IMG/VR virus record: IMGVR_UViG_2848732850_000001
Coordinates: 2,123-66,122 of that record
Source of the DNA: a virus
Lineage: Duplodnaviria; Caudoviricetes
Length of the DNA: 64,000 nt
Reading direction: 5' to 3' (one strand)
How positions within the stretch are numbered: the stretch's first letter is position 1; each line of letters opens with the position of its first letter. A program made the translations under genes and the position numbers. Below the pieces are notes generated by a model. The model did no database searches, was not told the origin of the DNA, and saw nothing but the letters and a program-made list of their open reading frames with translations. This document shows positions 46,107 through 56,798 of this stretch, piece by piece.

Positions 46107-47231
46107 ATGGCAGTGGCACAAACATATGATTTTCAACAGCAGATAAGGGACATGCAAGCAAACGTGGATTTAATTTTACAGAAAGCTCCGGTATTATTCG
46201 GGTTAATCGGCACAGGCGACCGACTAACTCAAACTAAGTTCGAATGGCAGAATGATTATTTAAATAGCGATACCGCGATTGTAAAAACAAAAGCTGCGGC
46301 AGACGCAACTACAGTAGAAGTCGAGAAAGGAGACGCTGATAAGTTTGCGGTAAACGCACTTGTACAAAACGGACTTGAAGTATTCCGTGTAACTGCGATT
46401 GACGAGGATAACAACACGATTACGGTACAACGTGGTTACGACACAACCACACCGGAAGCTATTGAAGTTGGCGGAGAATTAAAAATCATTTCACGTCCAC
46501 GTCCAGAAGGCGAGGATACTTTCCGAAAGAACGAAATTAATGACCGTATTGTGTCGTTTAATTACTCGCAAATCTTTTCTCGTTATGCGTCTGTATCTCG
46601 TACTCAACAAATGGTAAGTACATACGGAGTTTCAGATGAATTGGATTATCAAGTTAACCTACGATTAGAAGAAATGATCCGTGAAATGAACAATTCGTTA
46701 ATCTACGGACGTAAATACGCAGGGTCAGGACAACAACCTCGTACATCTGGCGGTTTGTTCGCGTTTGCGCAAGAGCAAGGAGCGTTTAGCAAGGATTTTG
46801 GCGGGGAGGAAATAGATGCTAAAAGGCTGAACGATGGAATCGAGGAAGCATTTAAACGTGGTGGAGGGGTGAATACGATCTTATGTGCTCCTAACGTATC
46901 ACGCCAAGTAACTGCATTAGCTGGTGATACTATCCGTACTACTCGTACCGATAACCAAACAGGACATCAAATTATGTCGTTTATGTCCGATTTACCGGGC
47001 GGAGCAGTTACTAACGTAGTAGTTGACTTAAACATGCCTAAAGACCGTGCATTACTACTTAACATCGATAACATCAAAGCACGTTATTTGACTGGCGTTT
47101 ACGACCAAGACGCTACTCTAGCAGGTGGGGACTACTTCTCTCGTGTTTTACGTGCGGAATTAGGTTGGGAAATCAAAAACGCAAAAGAATCAATGGTTAT
47201 TCTTTCTAACATTTCTAAAACAATTAATTAA
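46107..47231 (+). CDS. Major capsid protein (DUF5309/SU10-like)
   Basis: FEWQND.L, NYSQIF....VS.TQ, LIYG, R...GL; follows scaffold. Confidence 0.9.
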   Translation: MAVAQTYDFQQQIRDMQANVDLILQKAPVLFGLIGTGDRLTQTKFEWQNDYLNSDTAIVKTKAAADATTVEVEKGDADKFAVNALVQNGLEVFRVTAIDEDNNTITVQRGYDTTTPEAIEVGGELKIISRPRPEGEDTFRKNEINDRIVSFNYSQIFSRYASVSRTQQMVSTYGVSDELDYQVNLRLEEMIREMNNSLIYGRKYAGSGQQPRTSGGLFAFAQEQGAFSKDFGGEEIDAKRLNDGIEEAFKRGGGVNTILCAPNVSRQVTALAGDTIRTTRTDNQTGHQIMSFMSDLPGGAVTNVVVDLNMPKDRALLLNIDNIKARYLTGVYDQDATLAGGDYFSRVLRAELGWEIKNAKESMVILSNISKTIN

Positions 47232-47279
47232 TTCATGGCGTTTATAAGACGTCTATTAAACGAAAGGAGAGCGATATTT

Positions 47280-47654
47280 TTGGCACTGACAGAAAACGAA
47301 GTTAAACGGATTAACGTGTCCATGCCCGTAGCTAATGATGTAAAACTAGGTGACGTATTAAAGCAGTTACAAGAATCAGCAGGCGGAGAGGTTACAGTGA
47401 CTTGGGCAGACGTTAAAGACAAGCCTTCGGAATTTGCACCGTCTGCACATACGCATGTAATCGCAGATGTTAAAGATCTACAGGCGGGTCTAGACAGTAA
47501 ATTAGAATCCGTAAAAATAGACGACGTCGCAGGCTTACAAGCAGAGTTAAACAGCAAATTAGAGTCGGTAGCTGTAGCTGACGTATCCGGTCTACAGGCT
47601 GAATTAAACGGTATTAAATCACGTTTGGACGCATTGGAAGGCGGAGGTGCGTAA
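47280..47654 (+). CDS. Head decoration/fibre protein with fibre repeats
   Basis: W.DV.DKP..F.PSAHTH.IADV and 3x DV.GLQA.L..KL; RBS before TTG 47280. Confidence 0.65.
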   Translation: MALTENEVKRINVSMPVANDVKLGDVLKQLQESAGGEVTVTWADVKDKPSEFAPSAHTHVIADVKDLQAGLDSKLESVKIDDVAGLQAELNSKLESVAVADVSGLQAELNGIKSRLDALEGGGA

Positions 47655-47966
47655 TTGATGGCGGAGAATGCAATCTTTGAGACGTTACCAAACTACGAAT
47701 ATACAAGAGACGGTTTCCACATCGTTTTTAATGGCGAAGGTTTATACGTAACTAACAACGCAAGCCACATCGCCGTTTTAGAGAAAGCCAATCCGTTTAT
47801 TAAACGCATTGATGACAGACAGCAGGCGGGGGAAGAAGATACGGAAACTGAAAACGACAAGTCCTACCCGGAACACGTAGGCGGGGGAATGTACGTACTA
47901 TCTAATGGTGAAAAGGTAAAAGGTAAAAAAGCAGCAGAACAAGCGGAGTCTGTGTTAGAAAAATAA
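47655..47966 (+). CDS. Virion-module hypothetical protein
   Basis: PEHVGGG.Y.LSNGEKVKGK..A motif. Confidence 0.6.
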   Translation: MMAENAIFETLPNYEYTRDGFHIVFNGEGLYVTNNASHIAVLEKANPFIKRIDDRQQAGEEDTETENDKSYPEHVGGGMYVLSNGEKVKGKKAAEQAESVLEK

Positions 47967-47985
47967 CGAAGGAGGGTGACGCTAC

Positions 47986-48354
47986 GTGTCGGATAAATTA
48001 ACCGTAACTAAACGCTTGCAATCTCGATTATCAAAAGTGCCGGGCGTCACGGCGGCTGACATCGACATGTGGGTCGCTGAATCCGTCACAGAGTCCGGAT
48101 TTTCCGAAGTAGACAACGCCAACGCCGTGTTTTACCTTGCGTTATATAACGCCTATAGTACGATCGCTTCGGACGCTGCTCGGTATTTTTCGTATGGCGA
48201 CCGGGACGAAGTTGTAGATAAAACGAAAGTATTTAAAAACTACATGGAACTAGCGAAGGAAGCCCGACTCAATTACCGAAAAGCTAAAAAAGAAGGCGAA
48301 GGAACGTCGTTTAGCGCGTACCAAACGCATGCCGGAAGGGCTGACCGTCGATGA
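47986..48354 (+). CDS. Head-tail adaptor
   Basis: Position and size. Confidence 0.6.
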   Translation: MSDKLTVTKRLQSRLSKVPGVTAADIDMWVAESVTESGFSEVDNANAVFYLALYNAYSTIASDAARYFSYGDRDEVVDKTKVFKNYMELAKEARLNYRKAKKEGEGTSFSAYQTHAGRADRR

Positions 48355-49187
48355 ACAGCGAAATTGAACGTAAAATAAACGACGCACTAGAGGAAGCCTA
48401 CGACAATCATGAACGAAGCAACGAACGCCGAATCAACTACGTATTAAAGGAAATCGACCGAACTCGACTCGAATTAATCGACCTGCTAACGGAGTACGCG
48501 AAACAGGATAATACGATCAGTAAAGCGCGGATAAACACGTTATTGGACGAGTTAGACGAGATCGAACGGCAGATACGGCAGAACGGACTAAAGGCGTTAG
48601 ATGAAGTAATTGAAGACTCGGCATCGTCGGCAATCGAGTCAGCGTATATTGCGCTGGGTATAGTCGGCGTGCTTGCGTTGTCTAGTCGTAAGGAACGGCG
48701 ATTAGCGAGAGGTGTGGTTGATTACGTGTTCGGGCGATTTAAAGACGAAAATATAATCGACCTATCTGACCGTATGTGGACGTTGGCTGGCGACTATAAT
48801 GCGGAGTTAAGACGAGTACTACAAGCGGGGATTATACAAGGTAAGTCCGTTAATCAACTAGTATCAGACGTCAGAAAAGTGTACGAAGCCGAAACGTGGA
48901 AGATTGAAACAATCGTAATTACCGAAACTAACACGGCACACCGAGTAGGGATTGCGAAGGCGGCGGAAGCATCCGAAGTGGTTAAAGCGGTAAAAATAAT
49001 TGACCACCCCGGTCATAAGCGGCATGACCAGCACGAATGCTACCGACTTGCCCGACAAAACCCTTACGGTTGGGGCGAAGGGATTTACCGCCCGCAAGAT
49101 ACGTATATCTATTCGCCACATCCTCGGTGTCGTGCGTCGTTTAGGTACGTAATCAAAGACGAGTACTTAACCGGAGGTGAGTCGTAA
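48351..49187 (+). CDS. Minor head/morphogenesis protein (SPP1 gp7/MuF-like)
   Basis: LSDRMW, TE.N.A, C...HPRCR. Confidence 0.8.
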   Translation: MNSEIERKINDALEEAYDNHERSNERRINYVLKEIDRTRLELIDLLTEYAKQDNTISKARINTLLDELDEIERQIRQNGLKALDEVIEDSASSAIESAYIALGIVGVLALSSRKERRLARGVVDYVFGRFKDENIIDLSDRMWTLAGDYNAELRRVLQAGIIQGKSVNQLVSDVRKVYEAETWKIETIVITETNTAHRVGIAKAAEASEVVKAVKIIDHPGHKRHDQHECYRLARQNPYGWGEGIYRPQDTYIYSPHPRCRASFRYVIKDEYLTGGES

Positions 49188-50383
49188 ATGTTAAACAAAT
49201 ATGACATCGACTTAATCAAAGAAACCCGACGAGAAATTACGGAACACCGTGAGTCCGATATTACGTTTATTGGCGAAAAGAGAACCGGAGAGCATCCGAT
49301 TACGGGCGAGCCTATTACGTCGGAAATACCTGAGGAAACTGTCGCGGTAGTTTACGAAATCACCTCAGCGTTTAAATTTGATCGTGAGTTGTCCGAAGGT
49401 GTGGACGTGCAAAACGGCGACTTATGGATTGACGTAGATTTACGAGACATGGCGGGGTTTAGCCCGGACGAAGTAAAGTCGGTTAAGTACGAAGGAGTTA
49501 CCTACACGGTCATGTCGTCTGACTCCGTGGGACTGGGCGAAGATAATCGCGTGCAAATAATCGGAAGGCGGACGAGTTAACATGGCGAGATTTAACGTAA
49601 AAGTGACGGGTATCAAACGTACAATACGAAGTAAATTAACCGACCGCAACTTAGCGCAAGATGTCGATCAAATTACAGAGGCTTACGCAAGGAAAATCGC
49701 AAACGATGCGGCAGAAAAAGCGCCTATTCTTACGGGGTTACTAAAAAACTCGCTGCCTAACGGAGTGGAACGAAGCGCAATAGGCGAGTGGCAAATCGTA
49801 GCAATGACGGACTATACGTTGGTGCAAGAATACACGCACCAGACGAAGAAAGGGTTCGTCCGTAAAGCCGTATGGGATAACAAGGAAGGGTATCGAAAAG
49901 CGGTAGAGCAGCGGGCGAAACGGAGGTAGGCTAATGGTGAAAGTTACGCAATTAGGCGTTGGTTATTCGATTGAGCAAAAAATTGAGCAGGAACTCGGCG
50001 TTAAAACCGTGCTTAAATATGATGGCATAAAACTTCCGACTGAAAAGCCGTTTATCCTTGTCGAGCAGATGCAGAATAACCATACGCAGATATCGAAATT
50101 ACGAGAGGCGATACAGACGACTTTTCGTTTCCAAATCGGAATATATGCAGAAACACAGGCGCAGAGGTCATCGATGCAGGATAAGCTTCGGGATCTCTTT
50201 TTGTTTGCGCAATTTCCGTTGTATGACGATATGGGAGCGGAAACTGGCGTCTTTTTTGACGTTGGTTTAACGAATGAGGTCCCGATTGATGCGGATGATT
50301 TGTCAGACAAAACGAATATGCACCGGCTTTACTTTGACGTAGAGGTTACACAGATTTATCACAGAAATAAAACGAAAAAATAA
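49188..50383 (+). CDS. Neck genes: head closure 49188-49580, HK97 gp10-like 49582-49929, tail terminator 49934-50383
   Basis: Synteny; API.TG.LK.S and QEY in the middle gene. Confidence 0.7.
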
Positions 50384-50400
50384 CGAGGGGGAAACGCTTT

Positions 50401-50862
50401 ATGGCAGTAGAATTTAAGGGAGAAGAATTTCTTTACTTGATTGAAATTCCTGCAGAAGGAGAAAATCCTTTAGAATTAGTTAGACTATGGAACCAAACAA
50501 GTGGATCAAGAACAATAGAGGCTGCGTCCGTAGACTTGGCAACTAAGGATAAGAGCGGGTCAGATTACGGGACAGTTACTGAGTCTGTATCGGTTGAAGG
50601 GATTAGAACGGAAGGAGACAGGGCTTATGAATACATTGAGGAATCTATACGAGGCAAGCGACTGGTTAAAATCCACCGACTAAATAAGAGAGATTTATCG
50701 ACAGAGTCCGGATATTACATGTTATCTAATCTCGAGGATTCTTCGTCAGTAGACGAGTACGCAACTTATTCAGTGGAAGCTACGTTAAACGGAAAAATTA
50801 AGAAAGATACTGTTACGGAAATACCAGAAGGAGCACCAGACGAAGGTCAGGTTACGCCCTGA
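50401..50862 (+). CDS. Major tail (tube) protein, TP901-1-like
   Basis: QTSGS....A...D..TKD.SG; ends CCC TGA. Confidence 0.82.
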   Translation: MAVEFKGEEFLYLIEIPAEGENPLELVRLWNQTSGSRTIEAASVDLATKDKSGSDYGTVTESVSVEGIRTEGDRAYEYIEESIRGKRLVKIHRLNKRDLSTESGYYMLSNLEDSSSVDEYATYSVEATLNGKIKKDTVTEIPEGAPDEGQVTP

Positions 50863-50933
50863 ACAGCCTCAAGGTATAGGGGCAGCCGTTATCGGTGAGT
50901 CACTGAAAATTGGCTAATACAAGGAGGTAAATT

Positions 50934-51263
50934 ATGGCGAAATCAAAAGACGAGTTAAAAACCGTTTTTGTAACGGGCGCAGTACCAACACAACAAGATT
51001 TCCATGATTTGATCGATGTTGCAGGGATTAAAGGAGATCCCGGGGTTGCAGGTAAGTCAGCATATCAAGTTGCTGTAGACAATGGCTTCAAAGGAACTGA
51101 GCAAGAATGGTTGGCATCTTTAAAGGGACCGAAAGGCGATTCTGTAAAAGGTAAAGACGGCGTTGGAGTTGCAGATATTACATCCGACGGAACTACTATT
51201 ACGTTTGAAATGACGGACGGGACTACGAAAGAGATTCCGTTTCCTTCCACAGGCGGACAGTAA
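50934..51263 (+). CDS. Collagen-like tail decoration protein
   Basis: LK..F.TG..PT..DF..LID N-motif, Gly-X-Y, GKSAY..AV.NGF.GT..EWL.SLKG. Confidence 0.75.
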   Translation: MAKSKDELKTVFVTGAVPTQQDFHDLIDVAGIKGDPGVAGKSAYQVAVDNGFKGTEQEWLASLKGPKGDSVKGKDGVGVADITSDGTTITFEMTDGTTKEIPFPSTGGQ

Positions 51264-51319
51264 ACCGCCTTTTTCTTTATTTATAAATTAAATTTAAATA
51301 CGAAAAGGAGCGAGTCATA

Positions 51320-52056
51320 TTGGCTAACGAAAAAGTAACGATGTTTGAAGTTAACGGAAAAGAATACGAGGTTAAGTTAAATTTAAAAAGTATTAAATAT
51401 TTAAACGGTCTTACAAAAGAAGGAGCTTATGGATTACTCGGACGTGTATTAATGGGCGATGTAGGGACGTTTGAAGATATTATTTATGCTGGATTATTTC
51501 ATACCGGAGAAAACTTTAAGAAAACAGACATCCAAAAAGCAATTGATAAAAAGATTGAACTTGAAGAAATCGACCTTAACTACATACATAAAACAGGTTA
51601 CGAGTTGGTAGCAAACCATTTTTTCTACAAAACGACACTAGACAAGATGTTAGCGAAAGAGCCAGAAGCGAAGAAACAAATCGAGGAACTAATGAAGTAA
51701 ATAAACCATTCCACGTCGACACCGAAGAATGTGTTCGTCACGGCTGGCGGTTCCTCGGCTTAAAACCGGAAGAAGTACTCGCTTTAACTTATCGGGAGTT
51801 TGTCGTCTTATGCGAAGAACAAACTGAACGAATGCACGACGAAAACGAACGCGAAGCGCTTTACGCAATCATGTACGCTGCGGCATCGCGAGGAAAAGGT
51901 AAAAAAGGCGAATTGCCGAAGGTTGAGGACTTATATCCACGCCCGGGGACGGAAGAACGGAAACAACAAGAAATGCGCGACATGATCGAAGAAAAAAAGC
52001 GTACCGAAGACTGGCTTAAAAGTCTGGACCTGTCGAAGTTAACACAAAATAAATGA
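51320..52056 (+). CDS. Tail assembly chaperone G (51320-51700) and GT via -1 frameshift
   Basis: T TTT TTC at 51619-51625; -1 frame open to 52056 (GWRFLGLKPEEVLALTYREF). Confidence 0.85.
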
Positions 52057-52108
52057 CGGCAAGGGATCGGAAAATTAACGTCAAACGAACGAAGGGAGGT
52101 AACGCTAT

Positions 52109-55100
52109 TTGATAGGAGACGTTTTAGTAAAAATAGGCGCGGACATTTCCGATTATCAGCAGAAGTTAAGTAAAGCTGGCAATGCGATGGAGAGTTTCGG
52201 CAATAATATGAGCCAACTCGGGTCTACGATGACTACTACGTTTGGGGCTATTGCCGTGGCGTCTGCCGCAGGTGTCGGATTTGCTGTTAAGCAGGCGAGT
52301 GATTTTGAAAGTGCGTTCGCCGGCGTTAGAAAAACCGTAGATGCAACAGAAACAGAGTACGCAAGCCTGTCGAAAGAAATCCGGAATATGGCGAAAGAAA
52401 TCCCGGCAAGTGCGTCAGAAATAGCTAAGGTCGCCGAAATTGCCGGACAGTTAGGCATAGAGAAGAAGCATCTCATGGACTTTACGCGAACTATGGTCGA
52501 CTTAGGCGTATCAACGAATATGAGCGCCGAAGAAGCTGCAACTGCGTTAGCACGATTTGCAAACATTACCGGCATGTCTATGAGCGATGTTGACAGGCTG
52601 GGAAGTACAATTGTAGCACTCGGTAATAATTTGGCGACAACGGAATCCGAAATCACCAACATGTCTCTACGCCTAGCGGGTGCAGGTAATCAGATTGGAT
52701 TAACAGAAGCGGAAATTATGTCCTTTGCAGCGGCGTTGTCATCTGTCGGAATCGAGGCAGAAATGGGAGGTAGCGCGTTTTCTCGCGTTATGCTGAATAT
52801 GAATACGGCGGTAATGGATGGTAGTGAAAACCTCGATAGATTTGCTAAGGTAGCCGGAATGTCTGCCGGAGAATTTGCCACTGCGTTTGAAAAGGACGCT
52901 GCGGGGGCGATACTCGCATTTATAAAAGGATTAGGCAAGATGTCAGACGAAGGGGCGAACACTACGCAAATACTGGACGAACTAGGCTTAGGTGAGATTC
53001 GCGTTAGAGACTCGCTTATGCGTGCGGCAGGTGCGTCTGATGTATTTAGTAAGTCGCTTAAAATCGGTAATAAAGCGTGGGAAGAGAATACCGCGTTAAC
53101 AAAAGAAGCGCAAGAACGGTATAAGACGTTTGCGTCGAAAATGCAAGTACTTAAAAACCGATTTAACAACATTATGATACTAGTCGGTGGTCCATTTATG
53201 GATGCCTTAAGTGGTATCATTGACGCCCTAGACCCGGTTATCTCCGCAATTGAACGTTTGGCGGAGTGGTTTGCTAACGCAAGCAAGCCGGTACAGCAGT
53301 TTATCACGACGTTCGTCTTGCTGATTCCCGTACTTGCGACAATCGGCGTAGCTATAGGCGGATTTCTTATGCTCGTTGGCACGGTAACTGCTGCTGTGGC
53401 GGGAGCAACTGCCATTTTCGGAGGTCTCGGAGCAGCGATAGTATTTACGGCTAAAATAGTCGGTATTGCGGTCGGAGCATTTGTCGGATTAGCAGGTGCG
53501 GTTGCGTTTGCGATTACTACGGTTAAAAACTTCGACAAAGTCTTAGTAGGTCTTTCCAACGCTGCTAAATTTGTACGAGACTCGTTCGTTGCTTTATTTG
53601 ATTACGTTGCAGAAAACGCTGCTAAATTCGCCGAGAGTGTTATACAGTCGGTTGAGAGGATTTCGCCGGCATTTGCGAAATTCCTAAGTGACTCTTGGGG
53701 TAGGCTTGGTAGGTTTTTGTCTTTTATGGAGGAAGTCTTTGCTACAGCTGGCGAGATTGTAACGGGCTTTGTAGGCGTCATTAGCGACTTTTCTTTAGGT
53801 GTTTTTGAGACTGTTTTACTAGGGTTGGATAAAGTAGCAAGACTTGTTGGTGACGGTTTAAATTATCTAAAGGAATCAGGCATTACGTTAGGTGACGTTT
53901 TTAGAAACTTAGCAGGACCAATAACGTCCTTAATCATTATCCTAGGTGGTTTCGCTGGTCCAATTGGTTGGATTTTATCCGCACTAACTTTCCTTGTCAC
54001 AAGGACTAATTTAGTCAGTGACTCTATTAAGGCATTTAAAGGTGAAATGGAGTTTTCAGAGGTAATAAGGAACGTAGGAGATATGACTGCTTCCTTCGTT
54101 ACAAACTTGGCAGAAATGATTACAAAAGCGGTAGAGGTAGGGTCAGACTTAGTTGTTAAATTAATCGAGGGGATATCTAAACAAATACCTAATATTACAA
54201 AAGTAGCGGTTAAGATAGTTACTACATTGATAGAAGGACTTGTAAAAGGTATTACTACGATAGCTGACACAGCATCGGTTGTAATCCCTACTGTAGTTGA
54301 CGCTATCCTAGAATCAATCCCGTTGCTAATTGACCTTGGAATAGTGATTATCAATAGTTTAGTGGAGGCTATTATAAACGCATTACCGGTGTTAATAGAC
54401 GCAGCACTAGCTATAGTAACTACGCTGGTAGATAGTATTGTTGTCGTACTGCCTATGATTTTGGAGATCGGACTCTTAATTATTAGCACCTTGATAGACG
54501 CTGTTTTAACAGCACTTCCGGCTTTATTTGAAATAGGTCTGACTATTATCATAACGCTTGTCAATGCTATTGCCGAAAGCCTTCCGGTATTAGTGGAGAC
54601 TGGTTTTACAATTTTAACTACATTAATACAGGGATTAATCGAAGCTTTACCTAATATACTCGAAGCGGCTATTTTACTAATAACTACGCTAGTAAATGCA
54701 TTAATAGAGTTAATACCTGCCATCATTGACGCTGGCATACAGATCGTCTTAGCACTAGTTGACGGCATTATCCAAATTCTCCCAGCTTTAATAGACGCAG
54801 CACTGCAAATTATCCTTGCGTTGGTTACGGCACTGATCGATAACCTTCCGAAAATAATTGACGCAGGAATCGAAATTTTACTCGCACTAGTAGACGGTAT
54901 CATCGACATGCTTCCGGCTTTAATAGATGCAGCATTGACGTTGATTATTGAGTTAGCGGCTGCGTTAATCGACAACCTACCGAAAATAATTGACGCAGGA
55001 GTCGAGATTTTATTTGCGTTAATCGACGGAATTATGGACGTGTTGCCAAAGTTAGTAGAAGCGGCTTATACGTTGGTTGTCGAGTTAGTCGGCGCTTTAC

Positions 55101-55780
55101 TCGAAAAACTACCGGACTTGTTTGACGCAGGGGTTGATTTACTCAATGAGTTTATTGACGGATTACTGGATGATCTCGGAGACGTTGCAGACGCGGCGGT
55201 AAAAATTGGCGATGAGATTATTAGCAATCTACCTGTTGTTGGCGATTTATACGATCTCGGAAAGAACTTAATTGCCGGGCTTAACGATGGTATGGAGAGT
55301 ATGCAGAGGAAAACGGAGGAAAAAGCCTTAGAAATTGGACTGTTAATCGATAAAACGCTTAAAAAATTCCACAAAATGAGATCCCCGTCCCGTAAAATGC
55401 GTGATGAAGTCGGAGCTATGCTCGGTAAAGGTATAATCGTTGGAATGGACGCAGAAATGACGAACATCCAACGTGCAGCTCAGCGCATGGCAGAAGCAGC
55501 CACGCCTGAGCAACCGAAACTAGCCGGCTTTGACACGTCAAACCTACGCAATTACACACGCCAAGCTACGTCGCGATTACAAGCGGAAATGCAAGCGTCT
55601 GGCACGTTTGAGGCTGATCGGGAGCAACACGTGCTGCTTGCGGAGATTCGCGATGAGTTACGCAGGCAGAAGCAAATGATTATCAAGTTAAACGAGAGGG
55701 AAGTTGGCAGAGCGATTGAACCGACAGTTACCAATATGCAAAAACGTAAAAATTATACAAAATCACAAATGAAGTTGTAA
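52109..55780 (+). CDS. Tape measure protein
   Basis: TP901-type core (FESAFAGVRKT), hydrophobic region, 11/22-aa repeats, SPSR motif. Confidence 0.95.
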   Translation: MIGDVLVKIGADISDYQQKLSKAGNAMESFGNNMSQLGSTMTTTFGAIAVASAAGVGFAVKQASDFESAFAGVRKTVDATETEYASLSKEIRNMAKEIPASASEIAKVAEIAGQLGIEKKHLMDFTRTMVDLGVSTNMSAEEAATALARFANITGMSMSDVDRLGSTIVALGNNLATTESEITNMSLRLAGAGNQIGLTEAEIMSFAAALSSVGIEAEMGGSAFSRVMLNMNTAVMDGSENLDRFAKVAGMSAGEFATAFEKDAAGAILAFIKGLGKMSDEGANTTQILDELGLGEIRVRDSLMRAAGASDVFSKSLKIGNKAWEENTALTKEAQERYKTFASKMQVLKNRFNNIMILVGGPFMDALSGIIDALDPVISAIERLAEWFANASKPVQQFITTFVLLIPVLATIGVAIGGFLMLVGTVTAAVAGATAIFGGLGAAIVFTAKIVGIAVGAFVGLAGAVAFAITTVKNFDKVLVGLSNAAKFVRDSFVALFDYVAENAAKFAESVIQSVERISPAFAKFLSDSWGRLGRFLSFMEEVFATAGEIVTGFVGVISDFSLGVFETVLLGLDKVARLVGDGLNYLKESGITLGDVFRNLAGPITSLIIILGGFAGPIGWILSALTFLVTRTNLVSDSIKAFKGEMEFSEVIRNVGDMTASFVTNLAEMITKAVEVGSDLVVKLIEGISKQIPNITKVAVKIVTTLIEGLVKGITTIADTASVVIPTVVDAILESIPLLIDLGIVIINSLVEAIINALPVLIDAALAIVTTLVDSIVVVLPMILEIGLLIISTLIDAVLTALPALFEIGLTIIITLVNAIAESLPVLVETGFTILTTLIQGLIEALPNILEAAILLITTLVNALIELIPAIIDAGIQIVLALVDGIIQILPALIDAALQIILALVTALIDNLPKIIDAGIEILLALVDGIIDMLPALIDAALTLIIELAAALIDNLPKIIDAGVEILFALIDGIMDVLPKLVEAAYTLVVELVGALLEKLPDLFDAGVDLLNEFIDGLLDDLGDVADAAVKIGDEIISNLPVVGDLYDLGKNLIAGLNDGMESMQRKTEEKALEIGLLIDKTLKKFHKMRSPSRKMRDEVGAMLGKGIIVGMDAEMTNIQRAAQRMAEAATPEQPKLAGFDTSNLRNYTRQATSRLQAEMQASGTFEADREQHVLLAEIRDELRRQKQMIIKLNEREVGRAIEPTVTNMQKRKNYTKSQMKL

Positions 55781-55798
55781 AAGATGGAGTGACTTACA

Positions 55799-56314
55799 TT
55801 GATCGAAAGTCCAGAAAATATGATGTTTAACGGAGTCAACCTCGCGGAGTCCTTTACGGATTCCGTGAAAGGTACATATTTTATCGTAAATAACGTGGAC
55901 GGACGTGGAGTCTTGGGGAAGGAAGTTGTTACAGTAAGAACCCCTAAGATGGACGGTGCTTACGAATCGTTAAAATACACACCGACCCGCACACTGTCCG
56001 TCTCTATCTCAATGAAGGGCGAGTCATTCGCTGATTTACGTAAAAAAATTGATCGACTTAGTTCGATTTTAGTTACGAAAAAACCTGCACCTATCAAGTT
56101 TTCTGACGAATCAGACGTTACATACTACGGCAGTTTAAGCGAGGTCGAACACAAATTAGAAGTTTCTTGTATCTATCAAGCTGTGTTTAATTTCTTATGC
56201 TCAGACCCTTACAAATACGGACAATCGCACAAAACCATAGCTTTAAAGAAATATACCTGGGAAGAATACGCAGGGCAGACATGGAGGAATATAATTGGCT
56301 CTTACAACGCCTAA
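55799..56314 (+). CDS. Distal tail protein (Dit), N-terminal part
   Basis: FNG...V.GR...DG...R......FSDE.D..YYG...F.C.DPYKYG. Confidence 0.8.
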   Translation: MIESPENMMFNGVNLAESFTDSVKGTYFIVNNVDGRGVLGKEVVTVRTPKMDGAYESLKYTPTRTLSVSISMKGESFADLRKKIDRLSSILVTKKPAPIKFSDESDVTYYGSLSEVEHKLEVSCIYQAVFNFLCSDPYKYGQSHKTIALKKYTWEEYAGQTWRNIIGSYNA

Positions 56315-56798
56315 TTTAAAACTAGTCAAGCCAGAGATAACGGACAAGATAGACGTTTCCATTGCTAATTTTGCGCAGAATGCAGATAAAGTCGATGCAG
56401 AAGCAAAGCGGCTGCAGGATAAAACGGCGTCTTTGCAATCTAGTTTGGATAAGACAAAGCAAGACGTATCCAACTTGCGATCAAGCTTAGATAAAACAAA
56501 TAAAGATGTTACATCGTTACAAGGGTCTTTAAATACGACAAATAAATATGTAGCAACTAACAAAAGTGAGATTGCTAGTAACAAAAATAACGTTGCTAAA
56601 AACTCCAATGATATTAAACAGATCAATCAAGAGCTTGGTAAGGTACAGGCGGATATTACCGCACTAAATACCAGAGCTGGTAACCTAGATACAGCTATTA
56701 AGGCAAATAAGACTAGTATTGCTGAGTTTCAGACACGACTAGCTGCCATTGAAGCCCGTCTGACAGCACTAGAAACCCCGCCAGAAGGTGGTAAATAA
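56295..56798 (+). CDS. Coiled-coil fibre/baseplate protein
   Basis: TPNLKL.KP...D...N..K.D N-motif then continuous heptads. Confidence 0.65.
   Translation: MALTTPNLKLVKPEITDKIDVSIANFAQNADKVDAEAKRLQDKTASLQSSLDKTKQDVSNLRSSLDKTNKDVTSLQGSLNTTNKYVATNKSEIASNKNNVAKNSNDIKQINQELGKVQADITALNTRAGNLDTAIKANKTSIAEFQTRLAAIEARLTALETPPEGGK

Noticed and set aside
54250-55200. Periodic DNA repeats in the tape measure gene
   Set aside because: Explained by ordinary 11/22-residue tape measure repeats
52156-55467. Long minus-strand ORFs (168, 289, 370, 133 aa) within the tape measure gene
   Set aside because: Shadow frames of a repetitive hydrophobic coding strand; no RBS or recognisable motifs
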